45,849 bases of DNA from a virus (Duplodnaviria; Caudoviricetes). How positions within the stretch are numbered: position 1 is the stretch's first letter; each line of letters opens with the position of its first letter. Positions 1 through 9,078 of the stretch are shown here, piece by piece. The notes under the pieces are model-generated. The model did not search any database, had not been told where the DNA came from, and saw only the letters and a list, made by a program, of their open reading frames with translations. Both the position numbers and the translations under genes were made by a program. The DNA is taken from positions 1-45,849 of the IMG/VR virus record IMGVR_UViG_3300014167_000122; one strand, given 5' to 3'.

Positions 1-47
1 CCAGATAAGTATTAGACAGACCATTCGGTACTTGCGTCGTTGGGAAA

Positions 48-473
48 ATGACTAGACTTGCGCGCCGCCGCCGTGTTAATACTTTGGGAGAGGGGGGATT
101 AGGGGGGAGGGGGCTTAATGATCCGCGCGCGCACTCAATCTACGCGGTTAAACCTTCCGTAATCACTGACGTCCCCAAGTGGATCAAGTGTCGTGCCGTT
201 CCTGGTCTCGCAGAACTTAACGGTTACATCTGGCTGAACTACGGCACCATGAAGTTGCTGGTCGCGCTGGACGAGAGCCGCGGCGGCAATCCAGAAGTTG
301 TCCAAGTTGAGTTTCGCTACTGCCGCGTATGCCGGCGCCCGTTGCTGGCCGATGAAGCGGCCGCGTACCGCCTAAGAATCACCCCTGAATTATCTGAGCC
401 CGAGTGCGGCATGAAATGCGCCGGTGATCTCACGTCCCGCATCTGGTTCACTCTCCATCATGCTCCCGCGTAA
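48..473 (+). CDS. Hypothetical protein with CxxC...CxxxC (possible Zn-binding); start uncertain
   Basis: YCRVCRR and ECGMKC motifs; stop overlaps the start region of the next gene. Confidence 0.5.
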   Translation: MTRLARRRRVNTLGEGGLGGRGLNDPRAHSIYAVKPSVITDVPKWIKCRAVPGLAELNGYIWLNYGTMKLLVALDESRGGNPEVVQVEFRYCRVCRRPLLADEAAAYRLRITPELSEPECGMKCAGDLTSRIWFTLHHAPA

Positions 474-3400
474 AACCAAAGACGACCTTGCCTACGAGGC
501 GTATGTGCAGCGCATGAAAGCGCTCGATTTGCCCGCAGCCGATCGTCGAACCTACATGAATGTGACTAGAAAAATCTCGAACTACTCCACGACCGAGATG
601 CAGCACAAGCGCGCTCACGTCGACAAGGCGTTGCGATTTGTACTGACGGCACTCATGTTGTGCGTTGGCTTGCGCGCGCAGACACCGTCGCCATACGTCA
701 CGCTTCAGGGAGTGCTCCAAGGACCAAACGGCTTGCCGCTGGCAAACAACGTCATCAGCCTCACGCCGACACAGCCGTTCTACGTAGTTGGCTCGGGCGG
801 ACCTGGCGGATACGGTGTGACCAGCCTAACGGGCAATCTGCCGATTGTGCTGAATCCCAACCCAATTACCAACCAAGGCACTATTGGACTCTCAACGCTT
901 TGCGTCAATTCGGTTTGGGAGTGGAACGGAACACAATGGAACTGCGTCAACACTGGTGGCGGAGGCGGATCTGGCGCGCCAAACCAGGCAGTCACGTTCA
1001 CGAACGCCACGAGCGCAACCATTACGGTATCAAGTTCGACCGTCAACATCTTATGGGATTGCTACGATAACAACTCGCCAGCCAACGCGATCGCGCCCAC
1101 AAATGTTTATTTGAACTTGTCCACGTACGTTGTCACATTCAACTTTGCCGTAGCGCAGAGCGGGTATTGCGTAGTCAACAGTTCGGGCGGCGGTGGCGGC
1201 GCGGGCCCAACGACCAACCCGGGCACGCCAACCGGATCATTCCAATGGAACAGTGGAGGCTCATTTGCCGGCACAGTTGGCGCCGGCTACACCGCAGGCA
1301 CCGGAAACAACCCGGGCGTAGTCAGTACGGATGATCAGAATGGTGTCATCACCGTTACCAGCGACTTCAATTTCTCGGCGTGCGCAACCGGCTGCACATA
1401 CGTAACCAGTGGCTTATCAACCATTTCAGCGGGCTCGAACACGGTCACGCTCACGCCGGTTCCCATTGGCATCAACGGTACGGATATACCTAATTCCAGC
1501 CTGCCATACGGCGGACACTACCTGATGATCACACCCTCGGGTACGGATCCCACGCCGATTACCGAGTACGTTCTCATTACCGGCGGCACAGCAGTGAGCG
1601 GCGCATCATCCGGCACGCTGACCTTTACGGCAGCTTACGCGCACGCCGCTGGCTATGTGATCGGTTCAGCGTCAACCGGACTGGCCGAGGCGGCCGCCTT
1701 TGGGACAACTCCTGGGGGGAAACTTAAGCTTGTGCCGCACCAGCAATACACCTGCTACGCGCCGGTGTACTTCGGGCACGGCAGTTACGAGATTGATGGC
1801 CAGTGGGCTTTCATCAATGACGCCAGCTTTAACTCCTGCCTCGTCATCGGTGGCGGACCTTGGGGGACAGGCTCGACGCTGGGCGAATCCATCGACGTAC
1901 ACAGCATTACGTTTCTGCCGGATCAAACCAACTGGAGCGTGCAGCCGACCGGCTCTCTTGTTGGCTCGGTTACCACAACAGGACTCAGCGAAACCGGCAC
2001 GACCGTTACCGTAACCAGCACGCTTAACCCGGGCGTGGGTACAAACAACGTAATCATTGGCGGCACGGCGTATCCCAATTACAACGGAACGTGGTCGGTG
2101 ACTTCATCGAACTCGACCAGTTTTCAATTCACCGCTTTGGTTTCTGGATTGCCGACCTGCACTGGCGCAGGTAATTGCGGCACCGCGGCACTGACAACAC
2201 AGACTGTCACCATTCCAACCTGCCCATCGAACTTCTATGCAGCCATCCCAAATCAACAGCTTTGGGTAGCAGGCACGTCTGCCGGCTCGCCGACCACCGC
2301 TTACGGATATGGCGAGTACGCTTTCACGCAAGGCGGCACTTGCACGCCTGGGTTAACGAACGGCACGGTGATCCTTGCGCCGGCAGTCGCGGCTGGATTC
2401 AATGGCTTTGGCGCGCACGATCACGGCTACACGCTATCGAATGGTGTCAACGCGGACATCGAGGACACGCTTTCAGGGAACGGTCATTTCCATGACCTGA
2501 GATGGGAATACGGGACGGGACTTGTAGGAGTAGGGATCCAGGTCAACGCGGATGAAGCAACCGGAATCGACAACATCAACATGGGCACAACCAGTCCATT
2601 CCGCGGCGACTCGGACTTTCAAGGTGCTGGCGTGTTCACACCTGGCGGTCTGGCCGGCGCTGCGATTCTAAACTTGGGCCCGAATGTGAACATCTCTGGC
2701 CCAAGCATTTGCGTAAAGCACTATTCTGGCAATGACTTCAATTGGTCTGATGGCATTTGCCAAAACTACGGTGCAGGGGGGGTGATCGTTGGGAGGAAGC
2801 GCGGCAATTTTGGTGTTTTTACGATTGGCCCGAGTGTTCACTTTGAAGTAGGTGGGAATAATTCGCCGTGGAATATTGCTGTTGGCAACCCGCAGATCAT
2901 GGTAGTTGGCGGCGGGCCAGTCAACACCACGCAGGGCAGTAACGGTGAAGGGTTGCAGTATGAACAAGGCGCAGCTTATCCTGAGTTTGTTCCCACGTCA
3001 TCGCCTAGCGGCAGTCAAACCTACACGCAATTCTATTATCTGGTTGCGCATACGAACGCATCGAGCGTAAGCCCGTACGCAACCAGTTGCTCGCCCGATT
3101 GTGTTTCCCCGCCCATCTTCATCGGTGCCGGCCTTGTAAACAGTCCTGCAGTCAACAACGTCACGGTTGTGTGGTACGGATGGGGCGCAAACGCAACCAG
3201 CGGTTATCAATCCATCCCGAATCCCTCAACGTATGACTTGCTCGCAGTGCAGTGGCCAACGGCGAATGATTTTCCCCAGGTTCCGACTGGCACAGGACTG
3301 TATGCGGTGGCGACAGGACTTTCGCCCGCTTCCATCTGCAACCTGCACAACATCTGCACGTATGTCGACACACTGGCGCCAGCTTCGCGCACGTCTTACT

Positions 3401-3942
3401 CGGTCACATCAACACAGGGGCATCTTTACCAGCCATTGACCAGCCTGCTACCTGGCATTGTCTCAGCCAGCGGCAACGGTCAAGTCGACGCCGAAGGCAC
3501 ACCCAGCGTTTACACCGGGCCCGGGACTTGCCTGAATACAATGGAAGGTATCGGCACAAATTACGTAGGGGCATTTACGACGCCGATCTCGGCTGATGTG
3601 TGTCCTGCGCAGTTGGGACCGATTAGCCGCTGGACGTATTCCAATATCTGTATTCAGGCAAGTGGGACGTGCAGCGGTTCGTCCGGTAGTGGAATCGTAG
3701 CCATGTTGGCAGGTACGACCAGTATCGCGGTCACGGTGGACGAGGTAACGCCGTACAGCCGCTTCAAGATCTCGGAAGATTCAACTCAAGGCGCGTTGCT
3801 CGGCGTAACCTGCAACACGACGCCGGGCCGGACCTATACGGTGACAGCCAAAACGCCAGGACAGGGCGGAGGCTTCACGATCACATCAAACGCAGCGCCG
3901 ACCACCAACCCCGCATGCCTTGATTGGGAGATCGTGAACTAA
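460..3942 (+). CDS. Large fibre/spike-like protein with signal-peptide-like segment (alternative starts 598 or 631)
   Basis: RFVLTALMLCVGLRA|QT signal-like segment; VTLQGVLQGPNGLPLANNVISL recalls the lambda Stf N-terminal domain; G/T/S-rich with a beta-helix-like middle; stop overlaps next ATG (TAATG). Confidence 0.7.
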   Translation: MLPRKTKDDLAYEAYVQRMKALDLPAADRRTYMNVTRKISNYSTTEMQHKRAHVDKALRFVLTALMLCVGLRAQTPSPYVTLQGVLQGPNGLPLANNVISLTPTQPFYVVGSGGPGGYGVTSLTGNLPIVLNPNPITNQGTIGLSTLCVNSVWEWNGTQWNCVNTGGGGGSGAPNQAVTFTNATSATITVSSSTVNILWDCYDNNSPANAIAPTNVYLNLSTYVVTFNFAVAQSGYCVVNSSGGGGGAGPTTNPGTPTGSFQWNSGGSFAGTVGAGYTAGTGNNPGVVSTDDQNGVITVTSDFNFSACATGCTYVTSGLSTISAGSNTVTLTPVPIGINGTDIPNSSLPYGGHYLMITPSGTDPTPITEYVLITGGTAVSGASSGTLTFTAAYAHAAGYVIGSASTGLAEAAAFGTTPGGKLKLVPHQQYTCYAPVYFGHGSYEIDGQWAFINDASFNSCLVIGGGPWGTGSTLGESIDVHSITFLPDQTNWSVQPTGSLVGSVTTTGLSETGTTVTVTSTLNPGVGTNNVIIGGTAYPNYNGTWSVTSSNSTSFQFTALVSGLPTCTGAGNCGTAALTTQTVTIPTCPSNFYAAIPNQQLWVAGTSAGSPTTAYGYGEYAFTQGGTCTPGLTNGTVILAPAVAAGFNGFGAHDHGYTLSNGVNADIEDTLSGNGHFHDLRWEYGTGLVGVGIQVNADEATGIDNINMGTTSPFRGDSDFQGAGVFTPGGLAGAAILNLGPNVNISGPSICVKHYSGNDFNWSDGICQNYGAGGVIVGRKRGNFGVFTIGPSVHFEVGGNNSPWNIAVGNPQIMVVGGGPVNTTQGSNGEGLQYEQGAAYPEFVPTSSPSGSQTYTQFYYLVAHTNASSVSPYATSCSPDCVSPPIFIGAGLVNSPAVNNVTVVWYGWGANATSGYQSIPNPSTYDLLAVQWPTANDFPQVPTGTGLYAVATGLSPASICNLHNICTYVDTLAPASRTSYSVTSTQGHLYQPLTSLLPGIVSASGNGQVDAEGTPSVYTGPGTCLNTMEGIGTNYVGAFTTPISADVCPAQLGPISRWTYSNICIQASGTCSGSSGSGIVAMLAGTTSIAVTVDEVTPYSRFKISEDSTQGALLGVTCNTTPGRTYTVTAKTPGQGGGFTITSNAAPTTNPACLDWEIVN

Positions 3943-6900
3943 TGAAACACTATCTTCTGGTTCTCATACTCGCCTCGGCCGCGATCGCGCAGCAGGCGCA
4001 AATTCCGAACGCTGGCACGACTGGAACAACCGCGAACAAACTGGCCAAGCTCAACTCGAGCGGTCAACTGGTCATCACGGCAACCACGGATACGTCCGGG
4101 ATCGAAGGTCCGTGTGTAGCTGGATGCGGCACATCGGGAAACGCGATTATTGCTAAGGCTGGCCTCGCGCTCGTACAGTTTGATGGCGCCACGACCGCGG
4201 GCGATTACGTCCAACAGAGTACGGTGACGGGCGGACTTGGGCATGATGCTGGCGCGTCGTGCCCTTCGTCCGGCCAAGTTCTCGGGCGCGTCTTGACCAC
4301 GAATGGCTCAAGCGGCACCTACGCAATTGTGGTCGGATCGGAAGGATGCGGCGGTTCGGGCGGTGGCGGCGGCATTCCCTATCCCGGTGCTGGCGTGCCA
4401 AATTCAACCGGTTCGGCTTGGGGAACGTCCTACGCGGTTGGAACTGCGGCCAATAACCTTGTGCAGTTGACCTCTGGTGCCGCGTTGCCGGCAGTAAGCG
4501 CCGCGAATCTGACTTCTTTTCCCACATTGAATCAGAACACGACGGGCACGGCTGGGGGGCTACTCGGCTGTACGCCGTCAACTTCGGGATCAATTTGTTA
4601 CTGGAATGGAACTGCCTGGACGCTTCTAGCCGGGAACGCTAGCGGTTCAGCGTTATTCTTGCAGGAAGTTTCAGGCGTGCCATCGTTTGCCACACCGCCA
4701 GGCGGCGGCAACGTATCAAACTCCGGCGTGCCGACTTCTGGACAGCTGGCGGTGTGGACTGGAAGCACCGTGATCCAGGGCGTGACCACGTTGCCATCGA
4801 GCGCGATGCCGACCTTTACGGGTGACGTTAGCAACTCAGGCTTTGCGACCACGGTTATCGCTATCAATGGCGGCAGCGTTCCAGTCTCGGCTAAACTGCT
4901 CGGAACCAGCAGCAGCCAGCCGATAGCCGCGGCGCTGACAAGTGCGCACATTTATCTTGGCAACGGCTCCAACCTCCCGGTTGATGTTGCGCTTTCGCAG
5001 GATGTTTCCATTACAAATGCCGGCGCGGTGACGGTTGCTGGCTTGCAGACGAAAGCTCTACCGGCGCTCAGCGCCTTCTCGACCGCGCCATACCTGACCT
5101 ATACCGGGAGTGCGTGGGCAGCAGCTAATCCGTTTGCTTCTCCCACGTTTACCGGCACGGTGACAACACCGATTACCGGCGGTGGCACTCAATGCGTACA
5201 AGTTAACAATTCTGGTGTACTGGCCGGAACTGGTTCAGCGTGCGGCTCTGGCGGTGGCGGGGGCAATGTTACCGGACCAGGCTCGAGCACAGTGGGACAC
5301 GTTGCGTACTTCAACAACACCAGCGGTTCTCTGCTCGCCGATGCCGGATACGCCTACAACGCGATTCCGAACGCAGACCTGCAGAATAGCACCATCGGTA
5401 TCGCCGGAACCAGCAACCAGATTTCAAGCTCGACTGCGAGTCCAGCGCTTGGTGGAAGCACAACGCTCTCGCTCGCCAACCCGTTGATATTCCCTGGCAA
5501 GTGGACTGGCGCGGCCTCAACAACCTCGGCAGCCACTTTTAATACTCCGTCCGGCTCGGCGCCAACTTCGCCCGTTAGCGGCGACCACTGGAATCTTTCT
5601 GGCATCCTGCAGTTCTACGATGGCACGCACACCAACTCGATTACCACCATCCAAACTGCGCCGACATCGGGCGACCTCGCGCAATTCAGCGGCACGGCCG
5701 GCTTACTGAGTGATTCCACTCTTGTCGCGGCCAACGTTGTTACGCAGGCATCCAACGGGGCGGCCAACCAGATTGCGACCTATTCAGGATCGAACAAGGT
5801 GCTTGTGCCTGCTACCACATTGCCCACGGCTGCGGTTCCGGCCTTCACTGGCGATATGACCAACTCGTCTGGATCCCTGACAACCGTAGTTGGCAAGGTG
5901 AATGGCGTATCCTACGGCGCGTCACCATCGACCAACACGGTTCCGGTTGTGACTGGCACGAACGCCGTGACTTACGAGGGAGTGCCGAACGCGGCGCTGG
6001 CCAATTCTGCAACCACGGTTAACAGTCAGACCTGTACACTGGGCTCGACCTGCACAATTCCTTTCCAGGTGAATACGACTGCGAACGCATCGCAGGCCGG
6101 GTTGAACTTCAACACCAGTTCTACCAACGCCGCTGGCCTCACCGTCACGCCAGTGAACACGGCAACCAACCAAGTACGCTTTGAAGTGACTGGCACGGCA
6201 CTGGTGCCGCTCTCGTCGATTCAAGCTCCGACCGGGAATACCAGCATCTCGACCAGTACGTACACAACGACACTGACCTCGGGCGACTTTACAAGCTCTC
6301 CGGTTGCGGGCATCGTCAATCTGGCAACGTCATCGACCAGCACGACCGACACATCTTATATGTTCACGATCGCCAGCGGAACCAGTTCGTATAACCATCC
6401 AGCAAACATCAGCGTCGATGGGTTTTCGCAACTGGCAGTCTGCAACATTGGCGGCTCCGGCCATGTAGGTGAAGTTGTCATCGGAAACTTGACCTCATCG
6501 CATCCGTTGAATAGTTGCAACTACCTCGCGCAACCATCGGGCGGCGCTGGTGCGACCGGCGCGTACAACAAGTTTCTGATTATCGACAACAGCAATGCGC
6601 GCAACAGTTTGACTGTGCTGCACACCAACACAACTGGCGGCAGCAACAACAATCTGGTCAACCTGCTCTCGGCTGCAGCAGTGGCTTCGGGTTTGAACTT
6701 CATCAACGCTTGCGCCGGAACGACAAACAATGACGGCACATGCAACGGCACCAACGTTGCCACGCTGAACGATTCCGGCTCTTTGAAGTTGAATGACACG
6801 ACCGACCCTAACGTGATGATTTGGACAATCAACACGAATGCGTTGCCCACGCTGACGGCTGGCCAGTCCGGCATTGGTATTGACACGATCGCGAACGGGG

Positions 6901-8129
6901 GCGGCATCAAGTGCAATGCGAATGGTGCTGGCTGGACCTCATGCGGCTCTGGCGGTGGCGGCTCGGGAACCGTAACCAGCATTGGCGTGACTGTGCCCAC
7001 TGGCTTGTCTGTCACTCCGTCGACGATCACAACCAACGGCACGTTTGCGATCACTTGGTCTGGGACAATTCCCAACGCGCAGATTCCCGCGCCGACAACT
7101 TCTGCGCTCGGCGGCATCGAAGCGGTCTCCGGTGCCACTTCCAACAGTTTTATGACGTATGTGGATGCGTCCGGCATCCAGCACGTTGCGCAACCGTCTT
7201 TCAGCAATCTTTCGGGAAACATCTCCACATCGCAGATGAACAGCGGAACCAGCGCATCATCGAGCACGTTCTGGCGCGGTGATGGCACATGGGCAACACC
7301 GGCGGGATCAGGCACGGTAACGTCCTCGGGCTACAGCAGCGGTACGCCGCTGGCAGCGTTCTCGACTGCCACAAACATTACGCCTGCAACATCGAGCAAC
7401 GTCACTGCGTTGTTTAGCGGCACTTGCAGCAGCAGCACGTTCCTACGCGGCGACGGTTCGTGCAACACCCCAGCGGGATCTGGCACGGTCACCAGCATTG
7501 CGACAACCTCGCCGATTACGGGCGGTACGATTACGACGAGTGGCACGATCGCGTGCGCAACGTGCGTGGTCGCATCTTCCCCAGGGGTAGGCATCGCCCA
7601 CTTTGCCGGCTCGACACAGACGGTGACCTCAAGCACAATCGCCACGGCGGACATTGCTTCGGGTGCAGTGACAAGCGCCAAACTAAGTTCGACGCTGGCT
7701 TTGCCATCGGCCACAACGGCCACAACGCAGGCGGTTGGCGACACTACGACCAGTGTAGCAACAGACCAGTTTGTGAACCAGAACGTTGTACTTGGTACCT
7801 ACGATAACGACAGCGCTACAACGACTCTGACAGGAACGTTCTCTCCTCCGGTTGGGAATTATGTCGTGGATTACGCCATGAATGTGGTTACGACTTGCAC
7901 CGGAGGAGCCGTCAAAGCCGGGGTTACGTATATCGACGACTCTGGCCATTCAAGAAATATGGTAATGGCAACCGCGATGACTCTAGCCAATCAATCCAGT
8001 GGCGTAGCCGAGGGTATGTGGGCAGTTCGGGCTGGAAGCGTTAGCAACACGGTTACGTGGACTGCAACTCTTACCGCTTGCTCGTCTGGCACTGGCGTGT
8101 ACGAGTGGCACGTTTGGATGACTCACTAA
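3942..8129 (+). CDS. Secreted fibre protein with N-terminal capsid-cement (DUF2190)-like domain
   Basis: TAATG-coupled start; MKHYLLVLILASAAIA|QQ signal peptide; fibre repeats (GSGTVTS, TFxRGDG, FTGD); very few charged residues. Confidence 0.7.
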   Translation: MKHYLLVLILASAAIAQQAQIPNAGTTGTTANKLAKLNSSGQLVITATTDTSGIEGPCVAGCGTSGNAIIAKAGLALVQFDGATTAGDYVQQSTVTGGLGHDAGASCPSSGQVLGRVLTTNGSSGTYAIVVGSEGCGGSGGGGGIPYPGAGVPNSTGSAWGTSYAVGTAANNLVQLTSGAALPAVSAANLTSFPTLNQNTTGTAGGLLGCTPSTSGSICYWNGTAWTLLAGNASGSALFLQEVSGVPSFATPPGGGNVSNSGVPTSGQLAVWTGSTVIQGVTTLPSSAMPTFTGDVSNSGFATTVIAINGGSVPVSAKLLGTSSSQPIAAALTSAHIYLGNGSNLPVDVALSQDVSITNAGAVTVAGLQTKALPALSAFSTAPYLTYTGSAWAAANPFASPTFTGTVTTPITGGGTQCVQVNNSGVLAGTGSACGSGGGGGNVTGPGSSTVGHVAYFNNTSGSLLADAGYAYNAIPNADLQNSTIGIAGTSNQISSSTASPALGGSTTLSLANPLIFPGKWTGAASTTSAATFNTPSGSAPTSPVSGDHWNLSGILQFYDGTHTNSITTIQTAPTSGDLAQFSGTAGLLSDSTLVAANVVTQASNGAANQIATYSGSNKVLVPATTLPTAAVPAFTGDMTNSSGSLTTVVGKVNGVSYGASPSTNTVPVVTGTNAVTYEGVPNAALANSATTVNSQTCTLGSTCTIPFQVNTTANASQAGLNFNTSSTNAAGLTVTPVNTATNQVRFEVTGTALVPLSSIQAPTGNTSISTSTYTTTLTSGDFTSSPVAGIVNLATSSTSTTDTSYMFTIASGTSSYNHPANISVDGFSQLAVCNIGGSGHVGEVVIGNLTSSHPLNSCNYLAQPSGGAGATGAYNKFLIIDNSNARNSLTVLHTNTTGGSNNNLVNLLSAAAVASGLNFINACAGTTNNDGTCNGTNVATLNDSGSLKLNDTTDPNVMIWTINTNALPTLTAGQSGIGIDTIANGGGIKCNANGAGWTSCGSGGGGSGTVTSIGVTVPTGLSVTPSTITTNGTFAITWSGTIPNAQIPAPTTSALGGIEAVSGATSNSFMTYVDASGIQHVAQPSFSNLSGNISTSQMNSGTSASSSTFWRGDGTWATPAGSGTVTSSGYSSGTPLAAFSTATNITPATSSNVTALFSGTCSSSTFLRGDGSCNTPAGSGTVTSIATTSPITGGTITTSGTIACATCVVASSPGVGIAHFAGSTQTVTSSTIATADIASGAVTSAKLSSTLALPSATTATTQAVGDTTTSVATDQFVNQNVVLGTYDNDSATTTLTGTFSPPVGNYVVDYAMNVVTTCTGGAVKAGVTYIDDSGHSRNMVMATAMTLANQSSGVAEGMWAVRAGSVSNTVTWTATLTACSSGTGVYEWHVWMTH
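7258..7496 (+). repeat. Intragenic duplicated fibre motif
   Basis: SSSTFWRGDGTWATPAGSGTVTS and SSSTFLRGDGSCNTPAGSGTVTS. Confidence 0.8.
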
Positions 8130-8136
8130 AAGGGGA

Positions 8137-9078
8137 ATGACGATGAAGAAACTTGCGTTGCTTCTTTGCTTGCTCACTGCTTCGGCGGTCGCTCAGATTT
8201 CTGGCGCTGGGTCGCTGGGCTGCAATCCGTATGCTACAACGGGGACGGTGTGGAACTCTAGTACGGCCTTGAACTCGACGCAAACATTCTTTTCGGCTCA
8301 GGCCGCAACCTACGTTCTTATCGTTTATGAAACCAGTTCTGGGACATATTCGGCAGGTCAGGTCACGATTGAAGTGACCTATGATGGTACAAACTACGTT
8401 TCTCCTGTTGGGGGAATGGTCAACCTGCTTACTAACAGTGGAGTAACAAACCCAGTGGTGACAACTTCTAATTTGACATACCTAATTTCTGTCCCGATAT
8501 ACGGCGTTCAGTCCGGCAGGATGAGACTGAGTACGGCAATCGTTGGAACGGTCACATTGTCTCCTCAGTTCATTACGACTTGCTCCCAGCAGCCATTGTC
8601 GTTCGACGAAAATAATAATCTCAATGTCACTATTTCAAGTTTACCCATGACAACGTGGGTCGAAAACTGGGGTAGTTTTACTGGTCCGGGAGTCGCCGAT
8701 GCGACGGCGTTCGGAACCACGGCGCCTAGCGGCAATGCCCCAGGCGTCAATTCCGCATTGTTTGAAGGCGTAACCCCAGTGAGCGCGAGTGCGCCTCTCA
8801 GCGTAGTCGAACCTAAGCCATCCACGATTGTTGCTGGACACCAAGCAGTCACAGCTACCGCCGCGGCGCTCTCTACGCAGGCAGTGAATAACAAAGTATG
8901 CGTCGAAGCTCTCAGCACCAACGCCATCAGTGTGTTCCTTGGCCCAAGCGGCGTGACAACCTCGACCGGGTTTGAGCTTGTTCCCAAGGCCGTGCAGTGC
9001 TACGAAGTCAGCAACGTCAACGCAGTTTATGTGATTGCCTCGACGACAGGAGCATCCGTTACTTGGTCCGGCAATTAG
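8137..9078 (+). CDS. Secreted beta-rich protein, putative virion accessory
   Basis: AAGGGG RBS; MKKLALLLCLLTASAVA|QI signal peptide; two small beta-sandwich-like domains. Confidence 0.65.
   Translation: MTMKKLALLLCLLTASAVAQISGAGSLGCNPYATTGTVWNSSTALNSTQTFFSAQAATYVLIVYETSSGTYSAGQVTIEVTYDGTNYVSPVGGMVNLLTNSGVTNPVVTTSNLTYLISVPIYGVQSGRMRLSTAIVGTVTLSPQFITTCSQQPLSFDENNNLNVTISSLPMTTWVENWGSFTGPGVADATAFGTTAPSGNAPGVNSALFEGVTPVSASAPLSVVEPKPSTIVAGHQAVTATAAALSTQAVNNKVCVEALSTNAISVFLGPSGVTTSTGFELVPKAVQCYEVSNVNAVYVIASTTGASVTWSGN

Noticed and set aside
6521-7315. Long minus-strand and alternate-frame ORFs over the fibre genes (also 15119-15865, 24233-24994, 34672-35442)
   Set aside because: Expected from biased codon usage; no RBS or recognisable motifs
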